A stretch of 64,000 bases of DNA from Nitrospinales bacterium. GTDB taxonomy: Bacteria; Nitrospinota; Nitrospinia; Nitrospinales; VA-1. The translations under genes and the position numbers were made by a program. How positions within the stretch are numbered: position 1 is the first letter of the stretch; every line of letters begins with the position of its first letter. This document shows positions 53,470 to 62,903 of the stretch, in pieces. The notes under the pieces are model-generated. The model had not been told where the DNA came from. It was given only the letters and a program-made list of their open reading frames with translations, and searched no databases. Where the stretch lies: assembly GCA_965223345.1 (NCBI GenBank), contig CBDCWG010000012.1, positions 2,240,001 through 2,304,000 of the forward strand. The letters are read 5' to 3'.

Positions 53470-54669
53470 TCAGTTAGAATGGCGATCGATTTCATCACAT
53501 ACATACTCTGAAAACGGAATGGCGCAGGTGAACGCGGGGGAAACCGCATTCAACACGTGCATGGAATTTGCGTCTCCTTCGAGCACGAAATCCATGATCA
53601 GTTTCTTCTCCTCAATGTCCAACAACTGGGCGCGGATGCCCGGTTTGCCCCAGTGCGCGTGGTTGCTCTTGCGGCCTCCGTTCAGTAGATGCGAGGCCAG
53701 GGACACCAGATGCGACTTGGAGTATTTGCGGATCTCATCGAACGCGAGCTGCTTGAAGTCGAAACCGGAAAACGCGAACAACCCGAGCTGCCGCAGAATG
53801 ATTTCCGAGAACTCGGATAAATAGAAATTGTCGAGACCGGAGTATTGCTCGCGCCAGAACGCCGGGATGGCCGTCGGGCCGATCTTCACCTTGCCGTCCA
53901 CGGTCACCGTGTAATGCACGCCCAGAAACGGATTGCGAAGATCCGGAACCGGGTAGATGTGGGTGCGCAGCGATCCTTTGAGGTCGTCGGAATACAGGTA
54001 CAGGCCCTTGAAAGGCAGGATGCGGTATTTCTGCGAGAAACCGTAATCGCGGGCGATGCGGTCGGCGTACAACCCGGCGGAGTTGACGACGTATCCCGCC
54101 TCGATCGGCCCTTCGGAGGTGTTGACCCGTTTGCCCTTGCGATCGAGGTAGCGCACGCCGGTCTTCATTTCCACGCCTTCGGCGATGGCGTCCTCTTTCA
54201 TCGCATGCATCACCTCTAACGGGTCCACCGAAGAAGTGGTGGGGGAAAACAACGCCCGCTGATGGGTTTTGACGCGCGGCTCGATTTCCTTCGCCTCTTT
54301 CTCGGTGATCTCGTTGAGCTCGATCTCGTTTTTCTGGCCGCGCCGGATCAACTCATCCAGGTATTCCAGGTCCTTCTCGTCCTTGGCGACCACCAGCTTG
54401 CCGCATTTGTTGATCTTGAGGTTCTTGCGGTCGCAGTATTCGGTGAGCAGGCGGTTGCCCCGTTTGGTGAATTTGGCCTTCAGGGAATCGGCGGAATAAT
54501 AGAACCCGGCGTGCAGCACGCCGCTGTTCCTGCCGCTGGCGTGGTAGCCGCAGTCCGGTTCCTTTTCCAACACCACGACGCGGGCGCCGTGATGCCGGCT
54601 CTTCAGTTCGCGGGCGATGTTGAGGCCGATGACCCCGCCGCCGATGATGAGAAAATCCGTTCCTTGCAT
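53470..54669 (-). CDS. lhgO: L-2-hydroxyglutarate oxidase-like FAD oxidoreductase
   Basis: GGGVIG, HASGRNSGVLHAG, CGKLVVA, YPVPD..PFLGVH, GIRAQ, NAVSPAFT. Confidence 0.85.
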   Translation of the reverse strand: MQGTDFLIIGGGVIGLNIARELKSRHHGARVVVLEKEPDCGYHASGRNSGVLHAGFYYSADSLKAKFTKRGNRLLTEYCDRKNLKINKCGKLVVAKDEKDLEYLDELIRRGQKNEIELNEITEKEAKEIEPRVKTHQRALFSPTTSSVDPLEVMHAMKEDAIAEGVEMKTGVRYLDRKGKRVNTSEGPIEAGYVVNSAGLYADRIARDYGFSQKYRILPFKGLYLYSDDLKGSLRTHIYPVPDLRNPFLGVHYTVTVDGKVKIGPTAIPAFWREQYSGLDNFYLSEFSEIILRQLGLFAFSGFDFKQLAFDEIRKYSKSHLVSLASHLLNGGRKSNHAHWGKPGIRAQLLDIEEKKLIMDFVLEGDANSMHVLNAVSPAFTCAIPFSEYVCDEIDRHSN

Positions 54670-54673
54670 TCGA

Positions 54674-55441
54674 TTACCAGACCTTCCAGTCGGGGTTTCC
54701 CGAGTTCCAGATTTCTTCGAGCGTGTTTTTATCGCGCAGCGTGTCCATGGGCATCCAGAAGCCTTCGTGCTTGAACACCGCCAGCTGCTGCTTTTCCACC
54801 AGCCGCTGCAAGGGTTCGCGCTCCCACCAGATCTTGTCGCCGTCGATGTAGTCGAGCACTTTCGGTTCCAGGACGAAAAAACCGCCGTTGATCCATCCGC
54901 TTCCTTCCGGAGGTTTTTCTACAAAGGACATGATCAGGTTGTCCTTGATCGCCATGGCTCCGAACCGGCCGGCCGGTTTCACTCCCGTCACCGTGGCGAG
55001 CTTGCCGTGTTTTTTATGGAAGTCCACCAGCCGGTTGATGTTGAGGTTGGACAACCCGTCGCCGTAGGTCATGCAGAAGGAATCGTTGTCGAGATGCTCC
55101 TTGATGCGTTTGATCCTGCCGCCGGTGTAAGTGTCGTGCCCCGTGTCCACCAGAGTGACGCGCCAGGGCTCCACGTTGTTCTGCAGTATCTCCATGCTGT
55201 TGGTCTTCAGGTTCAGGGTGACATCCGACATGTGCAGGAAATAATTGGCGAAGTATTCCTTGATGATGTAGCCCTTGTAGCCCAGGCAGATGATGAAATC
55301 GTTGATGCCGTGAGCGGAATAGCATTTCATGATGTGCCAGAGAATGGGCTTGCCTCCAATCTCCACCATGGGCTTGGGTTTGATAGTGGTTTCCTCGCTC
55401 AACCGGGTGCCCAGACCTCCTGCCAGAATGACTGCTTTCAT
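54674..55441 (-). CDS. rfbF: Glucose-1-phosphate cytidylyltransferase
   Basis: ILAGGLGTRLSEET..PKPMVEIG, LGYKG, TGGRIKR, TYGDG, INGGFF, FWxxMDTLRD. Confidence 0.96.
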   Translation of the reverse strand: MKAVILAGGLGTRLSEETTIKPKPMVEIGGKPILWHIMKCYSAHGINDFIICLGYKGYIIKEYFANYFLHMSDVTLNLKTNSMEILQNNVEPWRVTLVDTGHDTYTGGRIKRIKEHLDNDSFCMTYGDGLSNLNINRLVDFHKKHGKLATVTGVKPAGRFGAMAIKDNLIMSFVEKPPEGSGWINGGFFVLEPKVLDYIDGDKIWWEREPLQRLVEKQQLAVFKHEGFWMPMDTLRDKNTLEEIWNSGNPDWKVW

Positions 55442-56186
55442 CGTTTCAACCTCATGGATGGTTGGTGGTTGCGTTTCGGGGCGAAATGGAGAGGATTCGA
55501 ATGCGTACGGTTTTCCCGCCTGCCTTTGGTTCCGATACCGGCGCCCAATGAAACCGCCTGCAATTCACTGAGTGGATATCCGATCCGCTTCGAATGACTG
55601 AGTCGAGCCTCCCCCGCCGGGAACTGCCAATCCCTGAACCGGGATTTCCTTGAATAATTGTTTGAATGCCAAGACACAGGTGAGGAAAGCGGACGCGCTA
55701 ACGATCCTGCTAACCGCACCATTTGATGGAATCAGGATGCCATTGAAATCTTAAGAATGGATTAAGGGTGTGTAACGCTTTAGTTACAAAAGGTTGCAAA
55801 TTAGGGACTGTTTTTCAGGGCTTCTTGAGCCTTTCAGATGCACAGCGGTTGCGCTGAAAAGCAGCCTGGAAATCCTCCGGTAATAGATTTACAGGGATGT
55901 TCCTCATTGCGATAGATGCTTAGTGTTCCGATATTACCGAAACCCCGGAAAGATTGTCAAGCGGGCTGTCCGGGCGGTTTGTGCTCCCCGTCACAACGTA
56001 AAGTCGCGATTTGACAAGGGGTTTCTAAGTAGTTGAAATGTAAATGTAAAAGTCTGAAGGGAGAGGGGACGGGGGCCTTCTGCGTCCGGATGTTCGCTGG
56101 GGGTATCAGGTGGATAATATGTGTAAATCTATTGCGGCGGTGGGGCTTGTAAAGAAAGCAGGGAGAAACGGGAGCGGCGATGCGGG

Positions 56187-57296
56187 TCAGGCGGTGACGG
56201 TCTCCTGCTGGATCTTCACCGGACGCCGGTAGCGGGGGAAAAAGTTTTCGGAGAGCACGACGCAGCCGGTGCGGTTCTCGTACAACTGCCGGGCCCGGTT
56301 GAGCACGGAATACAACTGCGGATCGAGGATCATTTTAGCGATGCCAAAATCGTACCTGGTTTTGGAAAAACCCGCTTTGAAATCGAGCAGCGAATCCCTC
56401 GCGGCGCCGACGCCGCCGCCCAGATGAAAACAGGCGTAGCCGTTTTCGGTGCCCCACCTTCTGACGGCATCGAATATCAGTTTCAGGCCGCTGTACTTGC
56501 GCTGATGGCTGGGCGTGCCCGATAGATGGTATTGAATGATATCGCCGCTTGTAAAAAACAGGGCGGTGCTGATCACGTCCCCGTTGAGTTCCGCGAAGTA
56601 GAGCCGGGCGTCGTCGCCGAGCATCGTTTTGAGATGCAGGTAGTATTGCTTGGGAAAGAAATAAAACTCCTGGGCGTTGCGCGCGCGCATGGTTTCGTTG
56701 TAGATGGCGATGAACTCATCGATGCGCGCAAAGGACGTGTCTTCCTCAATCGTGACTCCGGCCTTGATGGCTTTGCGCAGATCCCGTCTCACCCTTTGGT
56801 TCATGGCCTTTTCCTGATCTTCGAGGGATTGAGTCAGATTGATCGCGACCGTGGGGCCGAGCGGGGCCACGTCGATCAACCCGTCCAGAAGCCATTGGGT
56901 GTCGATCAACGGGTTCAGCCGGGTGAACAGGGAGACGATGTTTTTTTGTTTGAGAGCCTGGTGCAGCGCTTCCTGGAATCCGCTTCGAAACGCAACGGCG
57001 TTCTCATCGTTTGGCTGCACATTGCTGAGGACACCGGAGTAACCGTAAACGGACGTGGCGTCATTCGCACTGAAGCTTTCCAGTCCCTTGACCTCGGAGA
57101 CGGGACGCAGCAGAAAGGGCAGGGCCGCCCAGCGGTTTTGATTCTGATAAGTGAAAATGTAAGGGGCGCCCTCTCCCATGAGTTGGGAGACCCGGTGGTA
57201 CTGCGGACCGTGATAGATATCATAGCGGCCGCACTGCTGCAGAACTTTGCCCCAGTTCTCTTGCTGGTCAATGGGAATGAGTTTGAATCGAATCAT
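56187..57296 (-). CDS. GNAT/FemAB-like acyltransferase
   Basis: YDIYH, SVYGYSG, IYNETM..A...YFF, IQYHLSG, FHLGGGVG..DSLLDFKAGFS. Confidence 0.85.
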   Translation of the reverse strand: MIRFKLIPIDQQENWGKVLQQCGRYDIYHGPQYHRVSQLMGEGAPYIFTYQNQNRWAALPFLLRPVSEVKGLESFSANDATSVYGYSGVLSNVQPNDENAVAFRSGFQEALHQALKQKNIVSLFTRLNPLIDTQWLLDGLIDVAPLGPTVAINLTQSLEDQEKAMNQRVRRDLRKAIKAGVTIEEDTSFARIDEFIAIYNETMRARNAQEFYFFPKQYYLHLKTMLGDDARLYFAELNGDVISTALFFTSGDIIQYHLSGTPSHQRKYSGLKLIFDAVRRWGTENGYACFHLGGGVGAARDSLLDFKAGFSKTRYDFGIAKMILDPQLYSVLNRARQLYENRTGCVVLSENFFPRYRRPVKIQQETVTA

Positions 57297-57502
57297 AATA
57301 AAACAGGCGCTGTTTCTATAAATTTGCGGGAATTATAAATTCGAAACAGAAAATTTTAAAAGAAATTTATTTTTCGGATCTCCGAAGTTGTATCAAAAAC
57401 AACGCACTTCGAATATCTCAGATTCGAGTGAAAGGAGATTTATTCAATTTTACCCAAAACTTTTCCGGCAAAAAGTTTCGGCGGTATCTCGAGAGTCCGT
57501 AT

Positions 57503-58720
57503 TCAGAAACTCTTGATGGCGTGAAAGGTGTTGATGATGCGCTGTTGGTCCTCGACGCTCAAATTGGATCCGGACGGCAGGCAAATCCCCGAATGAAACA
57601 ACTGTTCGGAGATGCTCCGGTCCGGGCTGTGCGGAATGTAGTCGCAGTTTTTAAACAGCGGCTGCAGGTGCAGCGGTTTCCACACAGGGCGCGCTTCGAT
57701 GTTTCGCGCCTCGAGGGCATTGACCAAATCGCGCGCGCTGTACCCGGTTGCTTTCGGATCGATGGTCAACACGGTCAACCAGCGGTTGCTTTTTCCGAAA
57801 TTGGCTTCGGGCATGAAGCTCAATCCCGGCATATCCTGAAGTGCCTCCTGATATCGCGCGAATATCGTGCGCTTGGCTTCGATTCTTTCGTGCAGGACTT
57901 TCAACTGGCCCCGGCCGATTCCCGCGAGTATGTTGCTCATGCGGTAATTGTAACCCAGTTCACTGTGCTGGTAGTGCATGGCGGGGTCTTTGGCCTGATT
58001 GGCCCAATATTTGGCTTTTTCGATCAACCTGGAATCGTGCGACACCAGCATGCCGCCGCCGGAGGTGGTGATGATTTTGTTTCCGTTGAAGGAGAACACC
58101 CCCAATTTGCCGAGCGTGCCGCTGAAACTGCTTTTGTAGGTGGCGCCCAAAGATTCGGCGGCGTCTTCGATCACGGGAACATGATAGCGGTTGCAGATGG
58201 ATTTCAGCGCATCCATGTCCGCGCTTTGCCCGTACAGATTGACGATGACCACGGCTTTCGGCATTTTCCCGGTGCGCTCCGCCTGCTTGAAGGCGCGGTT
58301 GAGCGCGGGGGGAGACATGTTCCAGGTTTCCGGTTCGGAGTCGATGAACACCGGATGGGCGCCCAGGTACAAGATGGGCGAGGCGCTGCCGATGAACGTG
58401 AGCGAAGAGCAGAAGACGGTGTCGTCCTGTTCCACACCGAGAAGCCGCAGCGACAAGTGGATGGCTGCGGTTCCCGAACTCACCGCGACGGCGCTTTCCG
58501 TGCCGACATAGCTGGCGAATTCGTTTTCGAACGCGTCCACATTGGGTCCACCGGGAGCGATCCAGTTTGTGGAGAAGGCCTGAGCGACGTAGTCCTCTTC
58601 CTTTCCACCCATATGGGGCGGGGAGAGAAAAATCCTCTTGTTGAAGCGAGGATTTTTATGCGCTTCACGGGCGTCCTTCTGCTTTTTCGGCGGTGTCTCG
58701 ACGCTGGATTGAGAAATCAT
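57503..58720 (-). CDS. DegT-family aminotransferase (PglE/EpsN-like)
   Basis: IFLSPPHM, NWIAPGGP, SSGTAAIHL, IEDAAESLG, SFNGNKIITTSGGG, GYNYRMSN, RPVWKPLH; alternative start at 58768. Confidence 0.93.
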   Translation of the reverse strand: MISQSSVETPPKKQKDAREAHKNPRFNKRIFLSPPHMGGKEEDYVAQAFSTNWIAPGGPNVDAFENEFASYVGTESAVAVSSGTAAIHLSLRLLGVEQDDTVFCSSLTFIGSASPILYLGAHPVFIDSEPETWNMSPPALNRAFKQAERTGKMPKAVVIVNLYGQSADMDALKSICNRYHVPVIEDAAESLGATYKSSFSGTLGKLGVFSFNGNKIITTSGGGMLVSHDSRLIEKAKYWANQAKDPAMHYQHSELGYNYRMSNILAGIGRGQLKVLHERIEAKRTIFARYQEALQDMPGLSFMPEANFGKSNRWLTVLTIDPKATGYSARDLVNALEARNIEARPVWKPLHLQPLFKNCDYIPHSPDRSISEQLFHSGICLPSGSNLSVEDQQRIINTFHAIKSF

Positions 58721-58786
58721 GGAATCAAATACTCCGAAAATATTCGTCAGATTTGAGATGGGCCACATTGTGCTTGCTGTTTTCGA

Positions 58787-59452
58787 TCAAACCGGAACCT
58801 TTTCACTTTCTTCCGCCGACCCAGTGAGGTTCGTGCGGGCCGGGTTTTTCCGGTTCTCCGCCGGTTCGTTCCCCATGAAGCGGGGGCAGGAGAAATAACC
58901 GTCCTGACTGACGCCTTCTCCCGAGAAAACCTTGATAAACGTCATGGCGAGGATCTTGATATCGAGAAAGAACGACTGGTGATCCACGTACCAGACGTCC
59001 AGCTTGAATCGTTCGTCCCAACTGAGGGCGTTGCGGCCGTTCACCTGCGCCCATCCGGTGATCCCCGGTTTCACCTCATGCCGTCTCGCCTGCTCCGAGT
59101 TGTAACGCGGCACGTATTCCATCAGCAGCGGGCGGGGACCGACGAGGCTGATGTCTCCTTTCAGGAGGTTGATCAGTTGCGGGAACTCGTCCAGGCTGTA
59201 GCGGCGCAAAAACTTGCCCAGCGGGGTCAACCGCTTTTCGTCCGGCAGCAGGTTCCCATCCGCATCGCGATCGTTGGTCAGAGTCCTGAATTTATGGATG
59301 TAAAACGGGCGCGCGTGCAGGCCGGGCCGTTTCTGGTTGAAGATCACAGGAGAGCCCATTTTCAACCGCACGAGGCAGGCGATCACGAGGATCACCGGAC
59401 TCATCACGATGAGGCCTGTCAGCGCTACGATGAAATCGATCGTTCTTTTCAT
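58787..59452 (-). CDS. Undecaprenyl-phosphate phosphoglycosyl transferase (PglC-like)
   Basis: MKRTID, QKRPG, KFRT, SLDEFPQ, SLVGPRP, PGITGWAQVNGRN, DVWYV. Confidence 0.93.
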   Translation of the reverse strand: MKRTIDFIVALTGLIVMSPVILVIACLVRLKMGSPVIFNQKRPGLHARPFYIHKFRTLTNDRDADGNLLPDEKRLTPLGKFLRRYSLDEFPQLINLLKGDISLVGPRPLLMEYVPRYNSEQARRHEVKPGITGWAQVNGRNALSWDERFKLDVWYVDHQSFFLDIKILAMTFIKVFSGEGVSQDGYFSCPRFMGNEPAENRKNPARTNLTGSAEESEKVPV

Positions 59453-59797
59453 CCCGTTTGTTACCTTGGTTTCAATGTAAAGGGCCTGATAAAAACCTCA
59501 ACCCTGCCTGTTGTCGAAGCCGGTGCTGGCCGAGCTGCACTCTTTGAGCCGATGCGAATCGCGTGATACTTGGAAAATGACTGTGAACAAAAGCGAGGGT
59601 TTCGAAGAGGTCACTGGCTTGATTCCCTTTTATTAAATGTAACACGCTAATAAATGCGAACAAGGTGAAAATCCCCTGCAAAATGTCAGATAAATCTCGT
59701 TTCCTCGCTGGGGAACCGGTTTTTCATACATTTCCGAAACCCGTCCTGCGGTTGAAAATCCAGCGTACGGCCTGAAATTTCAGGGCAGCTTCCAGGT

Positions 59798-60919
59798 TCA
59801 CTTGCCCTGTAAATTCATGGTCTGCAGGACCACCGTATTGACTTTGTGCACGTCGTATTTGTCTTCCGCCATGGCCCGGCTGGCTTTTCCCATCGAGTCG
59901 ATCAACTCCGGTTGCGTGATGAATCGCTCCATCGCCTGCGTGAGGGCCTCGGCGTTTTGCGGCGGCACCAGAAAACCGTTTTGTCCTTCCACCACCGTTT
60001 CGCGGCAGCCAGGAGAATCGGTGGTGATGATGGGACGGCCCATGGCCATGGCTTCCAGGATCGACCTGGGCACGCCTTCCCGGTAAAACGAAGGCAGCAC
60101 GTACACGCTCGAATCGGCGATGAAAGGCCGGACGTCCGCGGTTTCGCCGCAATATTCAATGCCGTTTTTCTGCCATTCCTCGACCTGGGCTTTTTGAATG
60201 GCCGAGGGATTGCTGTCGAACGATCCCAACAGGCGGAACGCAACCTGCGGGTAGCGCCTGGACAGCGTTTGGGCGGCGCTTGCGTACTCGAAAAGTCCCT
60301 TCTCCTTGATCAACCGCGCCATCAGCAAGAACACCAGCGTCTTTTTCACCGGCGGGACCGCGGGGTAATAGTCCAGGTCCACTCCGGAGCCATTCATCAT
60401 GACCGCCTGGGTGTTTTTGCCGATCAGGTTCCAGTTTTCAAAATCCCGTTTGTCGTCCGGGTTCTGGAAAAAGATCGCGGTGTTTTTCTTGATCGCCAGC
60501 CGGAACAGGCAGCGGATCGCGAAGCTCAGAATCCTGCCTTTGAGCGAGGGATTGCTGAACGAATTTCCCAGTCCCGTGATCATCGAATAGCGTTTGGGCA
60601 CTCCGGCCAGCCGGGCGGCGAGCGAGCCGTAGATCACGGGTTTGAACGTGTACGCGAGCAGGATGTCCGGTTTCGCATCGCGAAACACCGAATACAGAGC
60701 CGCGACGGATTGCAGATCCCGAAGTGGATTGGTTCCGGTTCGCTGCATGGGGACGGCGCAAAACGCCACACCGATCTTCTGCAGTTTGGCTACCGTTTCT
60801 GCGTGGGTGTCCGGCGCGCACGCGAGGACGGTGTGGCCGGCGTCCACCATCGCCTTGAGCAGGGTTCCGCGGAAGTTGATCAGCGATTTCGAATAGCTGG
60901 CGAGTATCAGGATTTTCAT
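59798..60919 (-). CDS. GT4 glycosyltransferase (PglA-like)
   Basis: NFRG, YTFKPVIYG, ITGLG, FQNPDD, GSGVD, ARLIKEKG, YREGVPRSILEAMA. Confidence 0.93.
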   Translation of the reverse strand: MKILILASYSKSLINFRGTLLKAMVDAGHTVLACAPDTHAETVAKLQKIGVAFCAVPMQRTGTNPLRDLQSVAALYSVFRDAKPDILLAYTFKPVIYGSLAARLAGVPKRYSMITGLGNSFSNPSLKGRILSFAIRCLFRLAIKKNTAIFFQNPDDKRDFENWNLIGKNTQAVMMNGSGVDLDYYPAVPPVKKTLVFLLMARLIKEKGLFEYASAAQTLSRRYPQVAFRLLGSFDSNPSAIQKAQVEEWQKNGIEYCGETADVRPFIADSSVYVLPSFYREGVPRSILEAMAMGRPIITTDSPGCRETVVEGQNGFLVPPQNAEALTQAMERFITQPELIDSMGKASRAMAEDKYDVHKVNTVVLQTMNLQGK

Positions 60920-62868
60920 TTCGGCTGCCTCTGTTCGCTCAACCAGGCTTGAAACATCAACACGTCCCAAAGCAGGTATTGCCAGTCGCCTTTGTTCGCA
61001 AGGTGCTGCGCCCATATGTTGTGAATGGGCTCGGGGTTGAAAAATCCTTCCGCATTCAACCGGTCCGCATGCAGCAGGTCCTCCGCCCACTCGCGCAAGG
61101 GGCCGCGCAGCCAGGCTCCCACCGGGACGCCGAAGCCCCTCTTGGGCCGCTCGATGAGCTGTTTGGGCACGTACTGGTACAGGACCTGGCGCAGCAACCA
61201 TTTGCTCTGACCGTCGCGCACTTTCAGGTGCAGGGGCATTCTCCAGGCGGTCTCGACCACGCGGTGATCGAGCAGCGGCACGCGCGCTTCCAGGCTGACC
61301 CCCATGCTGGCGCGATCCACCTTGGTAAGAATATCATCCGGCAGATAGGTCACCGTGTCGAGGAGCATCATCCGCTCCATGAAGTGCGGCACGCTGTCCG
61401 TGTTCCAGCCGTTGCTGTGGCGGGTCGCAGGCTCCATGCTGTTTTTCACCAGGGATGCCGGGTCCTGATAGTGGGACATCAAAATCCTGTAAATTTCTTT
61501 CGGCGTGCCCGCCTGCAGGAAACCGGAAAAGGTGTGCACGTTGTGGCCCAGGTTTTCCAGTTTTATGCCCGAGGGCAGAAGCGATCCGAACGGGGCGGCC
61601 AGGCGGTTCCAGTTTCCGGGTGATACCGACTTTAAGATGTGCGCAACGATGCCGCGGCTCCAGGCCGGAAAGCGCCGCACTTTTTCCCAGACCCGGTGCC
61701 CCACCGCGTAGCGGCCGTATCCCGCGAACAGCTCGTCACCGCCGTCGCCTGAGAGGGAGACGGTGACTTTCTGTTTCGCCAATTGCGAGACGAGAAACGT
61801 CGGTATCTGCGACGCATCGGAAAAGGGTTCGTCATACAGAGTGGGCAGTCTCGGGATGACGTTTCGCGCTTCTTCCGGTGTGACGTAGAGCTCGGTGTGG
61901 TCGGTTCCCAGATGCTGGGCGACTTTTTTGGCGTCCTTGGCTTCGTTGTGGCTTTCCTCGTGAAAGCCGATGGAGAAAGTTTTGACGGGATCCTTGCTTT
62001 GCGCCTGCATGAGGGCGACGACGGTGGACGAGTCGATGCCGCCGGAAAGAAAGGCTCCGAGCGGCACGTCAGCGATCATGCGCAGCTTGACGGCGTCGCG
62101 CAGGATGGCATCGAGGTGCGCGATGGCTTCCTCGTCGGATCCTGTGAAAGGCTGCGCCGCTCCCTGCTCGGCCACTTCCTTTGCCGACCAGAAGGCATGC
62201 GTCTTCGGCCCGGCCTGCGGGCGGTTGCCATCCAGCGTGAGGATGTGGCCGGGTTGCAGCTTGCCGATCCCTTTGTAAATGGAAAAGGGGGAGGGCAGGT
62301 AGTTGTTCCGCAAGAACAACGTCAGTGCATTGCGATCGATTTCATTTTTGAAATCGGGGTGTTCCTTGAAGGCCTTGAGCTCGGAGGCGAACAGGAAGGA
62401 GTCGCCCTGCCAGCCGTAGTACAAAGGCTTGATGCCCAGCCGGTCGCGCACCAGATGCAGCTTTCTTTCCTTCCTGTCCCAGAGAGCGAAGGCGAACATG
62501 CCGATGAACCGGCTGACGGCCTTTTCCAGCCCCCAGTGCTCGATGGCTTCCAGAATCACTTCGGTGTCGGAATGACCGCGCCAGTTGGTCTGCGGCAGTT
62601 GCGCGCGCAGCGCTTCGAAGTTGTAGATCTCACCGTTGAAGACGATGACGAAGCGGCCGCTGGCGGAAGGCATGGGCTGATGGCCTTCGGGAGACAGGTC
62701 GAGGATGGACAGGCGGCGGTGCGCCAGGCCGATACCGGCTTCCCGGTCCATCCAGACGCCGGAATCGTCGGGGCCGCGGTGGATGAGGACGTCTTTCATC
62801 CGTTCCAGGCAACCCTGCCAGTCCAGGCCCTGTCCCTTGCTGTTATAAAATCCGGCGATGCCGCACAT
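60916..62868 (-). CDS. asnB: Asparagine-synthase-like glutamine amidotransferase (glycan amidation), copy 1
   Basis: MCGIAG, HRGPD, HRRLSI, FNGEIYN, RDRLGIKPLY, LSGGIDSS, SGDGGDE, KVDRASM..SLEARVP. Confidence 0.95.
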   Translation of the reverse strand: MCGIAGFYNSKGQGLDWQGCLERMKDVLIHRGPDDSGVWMDREAGIGLAHRRLSILDLSPEGHQPMPSASGRFVIVFNGEIYNFEALRAQLPQTNWRGHSDTEVILEAIEHWGLEKAVSRFIGMFAFALWDRKERKLHLVRDRLGIKPLYYGWQGDSFLFASELKAFKEHPDFKNEIDRNALTLFLRNNYLPSPFSIYKGIGKLQPGHILTLDGNRPQAGPKTHAFWSAKEVAEQGAAQPFTGSDEEAIAHLDAILRDAVKLRMIADVPLGAFLSGGIDSSTVVALMQAQSKDPVKTFSIGFHEESHNEAKDAKKVAQHLGTDHTELYVTPEEARNVIPRLPTLYDEPFSDASQIPTFLVSQLAKQKVTVSLSGDGGDELFAGYGRYAVGHRVWEKVRRFPAWSRGIVAHILKSVSPGNWNRLAAPFGSLLPSGIKLENLGHNVHTFSGFLQAGTPKEIYRILMSHYQDPASLVKNSMEPATRHSNGWNTDSVPHFMERMMLLDTVTYLPDDILTKVDRASMGVSLEARVPLLDHRVVETAWRMPLHLKVRDGQSKWLLRQVLYQYVPKQLIERPKRGFGVPVGAWLRGPLREWAEDLLHADRLNAEGFFNPEPIHNIWAQHLANKGDWQYLLWDVLMFQAWLSEQRQPK

Positions 62869-62903
62869 ATGAGAATCCTAACTGAGTTTCACTGCGTTTT
62901 TGG

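Noticed and set aside
55727..55742. Possible sigma54 promoter TGGCAT-N5-TTCCA upstream of rfbF (minus strand)
   Set aside because: The invariant -12 GC is missing.
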